A stretch of DNA of 64,000 nt. Source: Antedon mediterranea (Eukaryota > Animalia > Echinodermata). The DNA is taken from contig NC_092677.1 of NCBI RefSeq assembly GCF_964355755.1, positions 27,329,175-27,393,174 on the forward strand. The letters are read 5' to 3'. The translations under genes and the position numbers were made by a program. Below the pieces are notes generated by a model. That model was not told where the DNA came from. It made no database searches and saw only the letters and a program-made list of their open reading frames with translations. This document shows, piece after piece, positions 27,401 through 39,700 of the stretch (positions are counted from its first letter, which is position 1; each line of letters opens with the position of its first letter).

Positions 27401-27640
27401 CCAGGGTGGTTAGTTACAGTGCGAATGTTTCCATTCCCCATTAAAGTGACTCATCAAAGCAGATGAAATCGTACTCATTTGAGGTGAAAATAAATAATCA
27501 AGGCTGTTAACCTAAACTAAATAATTATTTTTTTAGCCCTTGATATAGAAACAGGAGACGTGGCTGAGGACATCATATCGGGGATCTCCAAGATAAAACT
27601 TGCACCGCCGCCGTTGGAGAGAAGAAAAACCAAAGAATAA
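21270..27640 (+). CDS. PEA15: PEA-15-like death effector domain protein, 139 aa; join(21270..21444,27177..27317,27537..27640)
   Basis: MAEGFQKFLKNLAESISEEELKSLAGACQDSIP...LFKYLENDGKLGP-DNLSYLEHALEKICRPDLVTQVLDY...RGPARKYK-SLDIETGDVAEDIISGISKIKLAPPPLERRKTKE*. Matches recalled human PEA-15 motifs (DNLSYIEH, RPDL, KKYK, IKLAPPP). Two phase-1 GT-AG introns; an acceptor at 21234 implies an upstream non-coding exon. Confidence 0.9.
21446..21538. repeat. 21-bp tandem repeat (~4.5 copies) starting inside the PEA15 donor site
   Basis: taagg(a/g)agtat(g/a)atccccata repeated. Confidence 0.9.
21579..23348 (+). mobile_element. Non-autonomous Helitron-like element with internal ~225-233-bp tandem repeats, in PEA15 intron
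   Basis: 5' A|TCTATATATAAA start; 3' GC-rich hairpin ctagatggtacgc...gcgtaccatctag ending CTAG|T; no TSD; three internal repeats from 22263, 22488 and 22721. The 5' end is less certain than the 3' end. Confidence 0.7.
27177..27317 (+). CDS. PEA15: PEA15-like second coding exon (DNLSYLEH...RPDL...KYK)
   Basis: ttttatag acceptor, AAAT|gtaagt donor, 141 nt phase 1-1; DED RxDL motif. Confidence 0.92.
27537..27640 (+). CDS. PEA15: PEA15-like terminal exon with IKLAPPP motif
   Basis: ttttttag acceptor; in-frame to TAA at 27638-27640. Confidence 0.88.
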
Positions 27641-29282
27641 AGTTTATTGTCGCATGTTTTCAGAGAGCAAAATGCAAATGAAGAAGGCCACAAGATATGG
27701 AAGAAGTGGATATTTGCCGAAAGACTTTTTTTATCGAGTCTTTTTTATATGATAAATTGGTGAATACATAAAGAAAAATCTTGATGGAGATGAAGACTTA
27801 ACAAGCTTTAGATAAATTTATTGAAAAATTTATCAATATGTATATTTTGTTTGTTTGTCAACTGTCTGTGAAGCTGGGACATTGTAGTCGTTGTATCCTC
27901 GTTTTAAATGGATTATCATGAGAAGCATCTCATAGCGGCACATTGTTATTGTGGTGATTTTGTACAACAAAGCTGTTTGATATCCAACACATATCTCTTA
28001 AGCTGTTTCACTGAATTGTTAATCTGAAACTAGTTGAAATGTTATTCCAAAAACATGTGTAATTTTGTTTGCAGATTATTTAGGATTCCAATCTTTTATA
28101 AAGGATAAAATCTCAAAAATGATTTTATTAAAAAAAGGTGTATTTAAAAGAAAAATGTTAGACTTCATCTTGTTCATTGTAGACATTCCTAAATTTATAG
28201 CTTTCCATTAGAATATGGCATCTCATTAAAATATTTAATTGTTAGAAAATATAGTGTTTTCCAAAGTATATTATTTAGTACTAATGTTCCAATATTGAAA
28301 TATAAAATACACATATTGGTTTGTCAGATTGTGCTTAGCACAGGTACAATGTAATGAGGTTTTTTAATTAATTATCAAATTATTCCCTGGTCCTTGGTCC
28401 AAATCCAATTTCTTGACTTTTTCTGACAGTCAATGCAGTCAACATTTTCTGTTAGGGTGCAATCCTGCTAAACACTAGGTAAAACATATCTACTTATTTG
28501 CTCATCAAAATACAGATAATATTCATAATTCATGTAATATGTGCATTTAATTACTGTAATTGTAAAGTATGTTTTTATCCAAAGATTTTTTTTTGCAATA
28601 ATGTTTAATACACATATGCTGTGTGAGGCTGAATGTTGTACTTGCACTGAGGAATTATATGAGGTGGAATGTTGCTCTTGTCTATTGTGTTTATTAGTAT
28701 ATTTTAAAATGTATTAGTCAACCTAAACATGATTTATTTGTACCCAATGTGTAGTTGTAAATCATTGTGAGAACATTGGTTGTTTTATTCTAGATAATCT
28801 ACATTGTATATTTTTTACATCTAAAATGTGATGCTGTTCCTATAGTCTTTCCTATTGCATCCCAGCAACGATTTTCTACATTTGGCCATGAAGTAATTGG
28901 GGAGCTTTCGAAACAGACGACGCAGCAGTGTGCAACGCGCTAAATAGCCCTGCGTTACCTCCCTCCAGGCAACGCCAAATTGCCTGTTCAGCGGTCTGTG
29001 GAAGTTTCTTCTACACTGTCGCGTCACATGCAGCGAAAGCTCACTATTGTCAGTTTTGGGACATCTTTTATTTCATTAAGGGATCATGAACTACTGCAGA
29101 GGCACTGCAGAAGAATCTATTGACATGAGGTTAAATTAGATTTGCTTATAATGTTGCTATTTGGTCATTTAGATCCTAAATGTTTTCAAAAGATTATATT
29201 ATTCTAACAGAGGGGTTGCTTATCAATTTTTCTATCAAGTATTTCATGTTGTTAAATTTGATTTAGTTTGTAGAAAGACTTG

Positions 29283-29546
29283 TTTGTCTTCTGATGGCTT
29301 GTTGTCTTCTGATGACTTGTCGTCTTCTGATGACTTGTTGTCTTCTAATGACTTGTTTTCTTTTGATGACTTGTTGTCTTCTGATGACTTGTTGTCTTCT
29401 GATGACTTGTTGTCTTCTGATGACTTGTCTTCTGATGACTTGTTGTCTTCTGATGACTAGTTGTCTTCTGATGACTTGTTGTCTTCTGATGACTTGTTGT
29501 CTTCTAATGAATTGTTGTCTTCTGATGACTTGTTGTTTTCTGATGA
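29283..29546. repeat. 18-bp tandem repeat, ~15 copies
   Basis: tgttgtcttctgatgact repeated. Confidence 0.95.
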
Positions 29547-30502
29547 TATCTGCTGCTTCAAAAGGATCTGCACATAACAAATATTTTTAATTTGCATAAT
29601 AATTAAGATTTTAGTCTTTATTATAAATATATTTGAAAGTTATGTAATAACTTGTAATTTTAAAAATTATATTCTTTGTTAAACAAATTTTAGATATATT
29701 TAAGAGTTTTATATATACTTCTCAATAGAATTAATTATGCTAATGTTTGCTATTATTTTATATTACTTTATACATTTTTTTTCAGTGTATTCAATATTTA
29801 TTTAATGTACCTTAAGAAAATTCTACTTTACTTTAATATTTAACTTTTATTTAAACTAAGTTTTACAAATGTTAGGACCCAATGCAAGTAATTTGACCAA
29901 TCACAAGAGACAGTTTGGATGATCTATCGCATGGTGATTGGTGAGTTGTTTAATTGTTAAACAGTATGTAACTGATGCATACAATATCTCCTGATTCCTA
30001 GTCTGTCATGTATGTATATAATGTCCAGTATTATACACAAATTCTAAATACAGTGTCACATAGTTTAAGTATATGGTGCCTGTATTTACTATTACTATTA
30101 TTTACTTATGGCATATGATACAATTATCACATGTGATACATGTGACGCTGTATTTAATAGTGTATGATACAGGACAAATTATAGATACAGTACCGCGAAT
30201 TGGTTCATTTTATGTGGATGTTCTTCTCACACTGATTTCATCATTATGTCAAAGGTCATTAGGCAATTCTATTGCTGCACTACAATTTTTTTTATCATGT
30301 TATCAAAGGTGCTTGGTTGATTTCTTGTCTTTCTGTTTAGTAGCATATAATTATTTTTACATATGTAATAAATTTGGCTACATAATAAAAGATAATATAG
30401 CTTCAACATAATTAATACTTTAAAACCTACCGTTGTCATGACAAAACATCTTATATAGTTATAGTGTCGAATACCATGCCATTTAAAAAAATAAAAATAA
30501 AT

Positions 30503-30733
30503 AAATGGTTACAGCATAATCAACATGCGCAGAGTCGAATAATGGGTTCTGCGCATGCCAATTGTGCTATAGTAACCAGTTTTATCGAAAAATAAAAAGG
30601 TCGAAAATTGGCCATTTTTAAAAAAAATCCCTGTACAGTACAGGAAAATTTTCGAAAAATCGCCAATTTTCGACTTTTTTATTTGTTGACATAAATGGTT
30701 ACTATAGCATAATAAACATGCGCAGAGTCGAAT
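30503..30733. repeat. Satellite B, isolated left unit separated from the main array by satellite A
   Basis: Same ~196-bp double-hairpin unit as 46188-50386. Confidence 0.9.
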
Positions 30734-33700
30734 CCTTAATTGCCTAAGTCACACAGCTGACTTAGGCAGAAACACAACAAATATAGTACTGTATATTGAT
30801 ATAAGCAGTGAGTTAGGCAGAAAAACAAAACAAAAATTATGACTTAGCTGTGAGTTAGGCAGATCGTAAGTCAGCTCTCCTTAATTGCCTAAGTCACACA
30901 GCTGACTTAGGCAGAAACACAAAAAAATATAGTATATTGATATAAGCAGTGAGTTAGGCAGATCATAAGTCCGCTCTCCTTAATTGCCTAAGTCACACAG
31001 GTGACTTAGGCAGAAACACAAAAAATATAGTATATTGATATAAGCAGTGAGTTAGGCAGATCATAAGTCAGCTCTCCTTAGGCAGAAACACAAAAAAAAA
31101 TAGTATATTGATATAAGCAGTGAGTTAGGCAGATCATAAGTCAGCTCTCCTTAATTGCCTAAGTCACACAGCTGACTTAGGCAGAAACACAAAAAATATA
31201 GTATATTGATATAAGCAGTGAGTAAGGCAGATCATAAGTCACCTCTCCTTAATTGCCTAAGTCACACAGCTGACTTAGGCAGAAACACAACAAATATAGT
31301 ATATTGATATAAGCAGTGAGTTAGGCAGATCATGAGTCTCCTCTCCTTAATTGCCTAAGTCACACAGCTGACTTAGGCAGAAACACAATAAATATAGTAT
31401 ATTGATATAAGCAGTGAGTTAGGCAGATCATAATTAAGTCAGCTCTCCTTAATTACCTAAGTCACACAGCTGACTTAGGCAGAAACACAAAAAAAATAGT
31501 ATATTGATATAAGCAGTGAGTTAGGCAGAAAAAAAATTATGACTTAGACACTTTTGTTTGAGGCTGTCGATATCATCTATACAAAAAATGCTACCTTTAA
31601 GTAACAAAATTTAATAGCATCAGCTCTTCAGATTAAACTTAACACTGATGATTTTAGAAAAGGAAAGTAGCAATAAGAGAAAGAATTTGTAACAAATGGG
31701 TTAAAAAATATACTATAAAAATGTATTTCTTATTTTATTTAAAAAATCATGAGTGTCCTCTCCTTAATTGCCTAAGTCACACAGCTGATTTAGGCAGAAA
31801 CACAAAAAATATAGTATATTGATATAAGCAGTGAGTTAGGCAGATCATAAGTCAGCTCTCCTTAATTGCCTAAGTCACACAGCTGACTTAGGCAGAAACA
31901 CAACAAAATATAGTATATTGATATAAGCAGTGAGTTAGGCAGATCAAAAGTCAGCTCTCCTTAATTGCCTAAGTCACACAGCTGACTTAGGCAAAAACAC
32001 AACAAATATAGTATATTGATATAAGCAGTGAGTTAGGCAGATCATAAGTCAGCTCTCCTTAATTGCCTAAGTCACACAGCTGACTTGGGCAGAAACACAA
32101 AAAATATAGTATATTGATATAAGCAGTGAGTTAGGCAGATCATAAGTCAGCTCTCCTTAATTACCTAAGTCACACAGCTGACTTAGGCAGAAACACAAAA
32201 AAAATAGTATATTGATATAAGCAGTGAGTTAGGCAGAAAAAAAATTATCACTTAGACACTTTTGTTTGAGGCTGTCGATATCATCTATATACAAAAAATG
32301 CTACCTTTAAGTAACAAAATTTAATAGCATCAGCTCTTCAGATTAAAATTAACACTGATGATTTTAGAAAAGGAAAGTAGCAATAAGAGAAAGAATTTGT
32401 AACAAATGGGTTAAAAAATATACTATAAAAAAGTATTTCTTATTTTATTTAAAAAATCATGAGTCTCCTCTCCTTAATTGCCTAAGTCACACAGCTGACT
32501 TAGGCAGAAACACAGAAAATGATCTGAGCATGTGCAAATATATATAAAAGCACTCAGATAATGTACAGAGGGCAGTATAATGATATAAGCAGTGAGTTAG
32601 GCAGATCATAAGTCAGCTCTCCTTAAGTCTCCTCTCCTTAATTGCCTAAGTCACACAGCTGACTTAGGCAGAATCTAAAAAAATATAGTATATTGATATA
32701 AGCAGTGAGTTAGGCATATCATAAGTCAGCTCTCCTTAATTGCCTAAGTCACACAGCTGACTTAGGCAGAAACACAAAAAATATAGTATATTGATATAAG
32801 CAGTGAGTTAGGCAGATCATAAGTCAGCTCTCCTTAATTGCCTAAGTCACACAGCTGACTTAGGCAGAAACACAAAAAATATAGTATATTGATATAAGCA
32901 GTGAGTTAGGCAGATCATAAGTCAGCTCTCCTTAATTGCCTAAGTCACACAGCTGACTTAGGCAGAAACACAAAAAATATAGTATATTGATATAATCAGT
33001 GAGTTAGGCAGATCATAAGTCAGCTCGCCTTAATTGCCTAAGTCACACAGCTGACTTAGGCAGAAACACAAAAAAATATAGTATATTGATAAAAGCAGTG
33101 AGTTAAGGAGATCAAAAGTCAGCTCTCCTTAATTGCCTAAGTCACACAGCTGACTTAGGCAGAAACACAAAAAATATAGTATATTGATATAAGCAGTGAG
33201 TTAGCCAGAAAAAAACAATTATGACTTAGATACTTTTGTTATGAGGCTGTCGATATCATCTATATACAAAAAATGCTACCTTTAAGTAACAAAATTTAAT
33301 AGCATCAGCTCTTCAGATTAAAATTAACACTGATGATTTTAGAAAAGGAAAGTAGCAATAAAAGAGAAAGAATTTGTAACAAATGGGTTAAAAAATATAC
33401 TATAAAAAAGTATTTCTTATTTCATTTAAAAAATCATGAGTCTCCTCTCCTTAATTGCCTAAGTCACACAACTGACTTAGGCAGAATCTAAAAAAATATA
33501 GTATATTGATATAAGCAGTGAGTTAGGCAGATCATAAGTCAGCTCTCCTTAATTGCCTAAGTCACACAGCTGACTTAGGCAGAAACACAAAAAATATAGT
33601 ATATTGATATAAGCAGTGAGTTAGGCAGATCATAAGTCAGCTCTCTTTAATTGCCTAAGTCACACAGCTGACTTAGGCAGAAACACAAAAAATATAGTAT

Positions 33701-36700
33701 ATTGATATAAGCAGTGAGTTAGCCAGAAAAAAACAATTATGACTTAGACACTTTTGTTATGAGGCTGTCGATATCATCTATATACAAAAAATGCTACCTT
33801 TAAGTAACAAAATTTAATAGCATCAGCTCTTCAGATTAAAATTAACACTGATGATTTTAGAAAAGGAAAGTAGCAATAAAAGAGAAAGAATTTGTAACAA
33901 ATGGGTTAAAAAATATACTATAAAAAAGTATTTCTTATTTTATTTAAAAAATCATGAGTCTCCTCTCCTTAATTGCCTAAGTCACACAGCTGACTTAGGC
34001 AGAAACACAGAAAACGATCTGAGCATGTGCAAATATATATAAAAGCACTCAGATAATGTACAGAGGGCAGTATAATGATATAAGCAGTGAGTTAGGCAGA
34101 TCAAAAGTCAGCTCTCCTTAATTGCCTAAGTCACACAGCTGACTTAGGCAGAAACACAAAAAATATAGTATATTGATATAAGCAGTGAGTTAGCCAGAAA
34201 AAAACAATTATGACTTAGACACTTTTGTTATGAGGCTGTCGATATCATCTATATACAAAAAATGCTACCTTTAAGTAACAAAATTTAATAGCATCAGCTC
34301 TTCAGATTAAAATTAACACTGATGATTTTAGAAAAGGAAAGTAGCAATAAAAGAGAAAGAATTTGTAACAAATGGGTTAAAAAATATACTATAAAAATGT
34401 ATTTCTTATTTTATTAAAAAAATTATGAGTCTCCTCTCCTTAATTGCCTAAGTCACACAGCTGACTTAGGCAGAATCTAAAAAAATATAGTATATTGATA
34501 TAAGCAGTGAGTTAGGCAGATCATAAGTCAGCTCTCCTTAATTGCCTAAGTCACACAGCTGACTTAGGCAGAAACACAAAAAATATAGTATATTGATATA
34601 AGCAGTGAGTTAGCCAGAAAAAAACAATTATGACTTAGACACTTTTGTTATGAGGCTGTCGATATCATCTATATACAAAAAATGCTACCTTTAAGTAACA
34701 AAATTTAATAGCATCAGCTCTTCAGATTAAAATTAACACTGATGATTTTAGAAAAGGAAAGTAGCAATAAAAGAGAAAGAATTTGTAACAAATGGGTTAA
34801 AAAATATACTATAAAAATGTATTTCTTATTTTATTAAAAAAATTATGAGTCTCCTCTCCTTAATTGCCTAAGTCAAACAGCTGACTTAGGCAGAATCTAA
34901 AAAAATATGGTATATTGATATAAGCAGTGAGTTAGGCAGATCATAAGTCAGCTCTCCTTAATTGCCTAAGTCACACAGCTGACTTAGGCAGAATCTAAAA
35001 AAATATAGTATATTGATATAAGCAGTGAGTTAGGCAGATCATAAGTCAGCTCTCCTTAATTGCCTAAGTCACACAGCTGACTTAGGCAGAAACACAAAAA
35101 ATATAGTATATTGATATAAGCAGTGAGTTAGCCAGAAAAAAACAATTATGACTTAGACACTTTTGTTATGAGGCTGTCGATATCATCTATATACAAAAAA
35201 TGCTACCTTTAAGTAACAAAATTTAATAGCATCAGCTCTTCAGATTAAAATTAACACTGATGATTTTAGAAAAGGAAAGTAGCAATAAAAGAGAAAGAAT
35301 TTGTAACAAATGGGTTAAAAAATATACTATAAAAATGTATTTCTTATTTTATTTAAAAAAATTATGAGTCTCCTCTCCTTAATTGCCTAAGTCAGCTGTG
35401 TGACTTAGGCAGATCATAAGTCAGCTCTCTTTAATTGCCTAAGTCACACAGCTGACTTAGGCAGAAACATAAAAAATATAGTATATTGATATAAGCAGTG
35501 AGTTAGGCAGAAAAAAAATTATGACTTAGACACTTTTGTTATGAGGCTGTCGATATCATCTATATACAAAAAATGCTACCAAATTGCTACAAAATTTAAT
35601 AGCATCAGCTCTTCAGATTAAAATTAACACTGATGATTTTAGAAAAGGAAAGTAGCAATAAAAGAGAAAGAATGTGTAACAAATGGGTTAAAAAATATAC
35701 TATAAAAAAGTATTTCTTATTTTATTTAAAAAATCATGAGTCTCCTCTCCTTAATTGCCTAAGTCACACAGCTGACTTAGGCAGAAACACAGAAAACGAT
35801 CTGAGCATGTGCAAATATATATAAAAGCACTCAGATAATGTACAGAGGGCAGTATAATGATATAAGCAGTGAGTTAGGCAGATCATGAGTCAGCTCTCCT
35901 TAAGTCTCCTCTCCTTAATTGCCTAAGTCACACAGCTGACTTAGGCAGAATCTAAAAAAATATAGTATATTGATATAAGCAGTGAGTTAGGCATATCATA
36001 AGTCAGCTCTCCTTAATTGCCTAAGTCACACAGCTGACTTAGGCAGAAACACAAAAAATATAGTATATTGATATAAGCAGTGAGTTAGGCAGATCATAAG
36101 TCAGCTCTCCTTAATTGCCTAAGTCACACAGCTGACTTAGGCAGAAACACAAAAAATATAGTATATTGATATAAGCAGTGAGTTAGGCAGATCATAAGTC
36201 AGCTCTCCTTAATTGCCTAAGTCACACAGCTGACTTAGGCAGAAACACAAAAAATATAGTATATTGATATAATCAGTGAGTTAGGCAGATCATAAGTCAG
36301 CTCGCCTTAATTGCCTAAGTCACACAGCTGACTTAGGCAGAAACACAAAAAAATATAGTATATTGATAAAAGCAGTGAGTTAAGGAGATCAAAAGTCAGC
36401 TCTCCTTAATTGCCTAAGTCACACAGCTGACTTAGGCAGAAACACAAAAAATATAGTATATTGATATAAGCAGTGAGTTAGCCAGAAAAAAACAATTATG
36501 ACTTAGATACTTTTGTTATGAGGCTGTCGATATCATCTATATAGAAAAAAATGCTACCTTTAAGTAACAAAATTTAATAGCATCAGCTCTTCAGATTAAA
36601 ATTAACACTGATGATTTTAGAAAAGGAAAGTAGCAATAAAAGAGAAAGAATTTGTAACAAATGGGTTAAAAAATATACTATAAAAAAGTATTTCTTATTT

Positions 36701-39700
36701 CATTTAAAAAATCATGAGTCTCCTCTCCTTAATTGCCTAAGTCACACAGCTGACTTAGGCAGAATCTAAAAAAATATAGTATATTGATATAAGCAGTGAG
36801 TTAGGCAGATCATAAGTCAGCTCTCCTTAATTGCCTAAGTCACACAGCTGACTTAGGCAGAAACACAAAAAATATAGTATATTGATATAAGCAGTGAGTT
36901 AGGCAGATCATAAGTCAGCTCTCTTTAATTGCCTAAGTCACACAGCTGACTTAGGCAGAAACACAAAAAATATAGTATATTGATATAAGCAGTGAGTTAG
37001 GCAGAAAAAAAATTATGACTTAGACACTTTTGTTATGAGGCTGTCGATATCATCTATATACAAAAAATGCTACCTTTAAGTAACAAAATTTAATAGCATC
37101 AGCTCTTCAGATTAAAATTAACACTGATGATTTTAGAAAAGGAAAGTAGCAATAAAAGAGAAAGAATTTGTAACAAATGGGTTAAAAAATATACTATAAA
37201 AATGTATTTCTTATTTTATTAAAAAAATTATGAGTCTCCTTTCCTTAATTGCCTAAGTCACACAGCTGACTTAGGCAGAATCTAAAAAAATATAGTATAT
37301 TGATATAAGCAGTGAGTTAGGCAGATCATAAGTCAGCTCTCCTTAATTGCCTAAGTCACACAGCTGACTTAGGCAGAAACACAAAAAAATATAGTATATT
37401 GATATAAGCAGTGAGTTAGGCAGATCATAAGTCAGCTCTCTTTAATTGCCTAAGTCACACAGCTGACTTAGGCAGAAACACAAAAAATATAGTATATTGA
37501 TATAAGCAGTGAGTTAGGCAGAAAAAAAATTATGACTTAAACACTTTTGTTATGAGGCTGTCGATATCATCTATATACAAAAAATGCTACCTTTAAGTAA
37601 CAAAATTTAATAGCATCAGCTCTTCAGATTAAAATTAACACTGATGATTTTAGAAAAGGAAAGTAGAAATAAAAGAGAAAGAATTTGTAACAAATGGGTT
37701 AAAAAATATACTATAAAAAAGTATTTCTTATTTCATTTAAAAAATTATGAGTCTCCTCTCCTTAATTGCCTAAGTCACACAGCTGACTTAGGCAGAATCT
37801 AAAAAAATATAGTATATTGATATAAGCAGTGAGTTAGGCAGAAAAAAAATTATCACTTAGACACTTTTGTTTGAGGCTGTCGATATCATCTATATACAAA
37901 AAATGCTACCTTTAAGTAACAAAATTTAATAGCATCAGCTCTTCAGATTAAAATTAACACTGATGATTTTAGAAAAGGAAAGTAGCAATAAAAGAGAAAG
38001 AATTTGTAACAAATGGGTTAAAAAATATACTATAAAAAAGTATTTCTTATTTTATTTAAAAAATCATGAGTCTCCTCTCCTTAATTGCCTAAGTCACACA
38101 GCTGACTTAGGCAGAAACACAGAAAACGATCTGAGCATGTGCAAATATATATAAAAGCACTCAGATAATGTACAGAGGGCAGTATAATGATATAAGCAGT
38201 GAGTTAGGCAGATCAAAAGTCAGCTCTCCTTAATTGCCTAAGTCACACAGCTGACTTAGGCAGAAACACAAAAAATATAGTATATTGATATAAGCAGTGA
38301 GTTAGCCAGAAAAAAACAATTATGACTTAGACACTTTTGTTATGAGGCTGTCGATATCATCTATATACAAAAAATGCTACCTTTAAGTAACAAAATTTAA
38401 TAGCATCAGCTCTTCAGATTAAAATTAACACTGATGATTTTAGAAAAGGAAAGTAGCAATAAAAGAGAAAGAATTTGTAACAAATGGGTTAAAAAATATA
38501 CTATAAAAATGTATTTCTTATTTTATTAAAAAAATTATGAGTCTCCTCTCCTTAATTGCCTAAGTCACACAGCTGACTTAGGCAGAATCTAAAAAATTAT
38601 AGTATATTGATATAAGCAGTGAGTTAGGCAGATCATAAGTCAGCTCTCCTTAATTGCCTAAGTCACACAGCTGACTTAGGCAGAAACACAAAAAATATAG
38701 TATATTGATATAAGCAGTGAGTTAGCCAGAAAAAAACAATTATGACTTAGACACTTTTGTTATGAGGCTGTCGATATCATCTATATACAAAAAATGCTAC
38801 CTTTAAGTAACAAAATTTAATAGCATCAGCTCTTCAGATTAAAATTAACACTGATGATTTTAGAAAAGGAAAGTAGCAATAAAAGAGAAAGAATTTGTAA
38901 CAAATGGGTTAAAAAATATACTATAAAAATGTATTTCTTATTTTATTAAAAAAATTATGAGTCTCCTCTCCTTAATTGCCTAAGTCACACAGCTGACTTA
39001 GGCAGAATCTAAAAAAATATAGTATATTGATATAAGCAGTGAGTTAGGCAGATCATAAGTCAGCTCTCCTTAATTGCCTAAGTCACACAGCTGACTTAGG
39101 CAGAATCTAAAAAAATATAGTATATTGATATAAGCAGTGAGTTAGGCAGATCATAAGTCAGCTCTCCTTAATTGCCTAAGTCACACAGCTGACTTAGGCA
39201 GAAACACAAAAAATATAGTATATTGATATAAGCAGTGAGTTAGCCAGAAAAAAACAATTATGACTTAGACACTTTTGTTATGAGGCTGTCGATATCATCT
39301 ATATACAAAAAATGCTACCTTTAAGTAACAAAATTTAATAGCATCAGCTCTTCAGAATAAAATTAACACTGATGATTTTAGAAAAGGAAAGTAGCAATAA
39401 AAGAGAAAGAATTTGTAACAAATGGGTTAAAAAATATACTATAAAGATGTATTTCTTATTTTATTAAAAAAAATTATGAGTCTCCTCTCCTTAATTGCCT
39501 AAGTCAGCTGTGTGACTTAGGCAGATCATAAGTCAGCTCTCTTTAATTGCCTAAGTCACACAGCTGACTTAGGCAGAAACATAAAAAATATAGTATATTG
39601 ATATAAGCAGTGAGTTAGGCAGAAAAAAAATTATGACTTAGACACTTTTGTTATGAGGCTGTCGATATCATCTATATACAAAAAATGCTACCAAATTGCT

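Noticed and set aside
29263-29590. IRRQQV-repeat and LLMTCC-repeat ORFs; C/D-box-like tgatga/ctga motifs
   Set aside because: An 18-bp minisatellite whose length is a multiple of 3; the motifs are repeat-unit coincidences with no snoRNA structure
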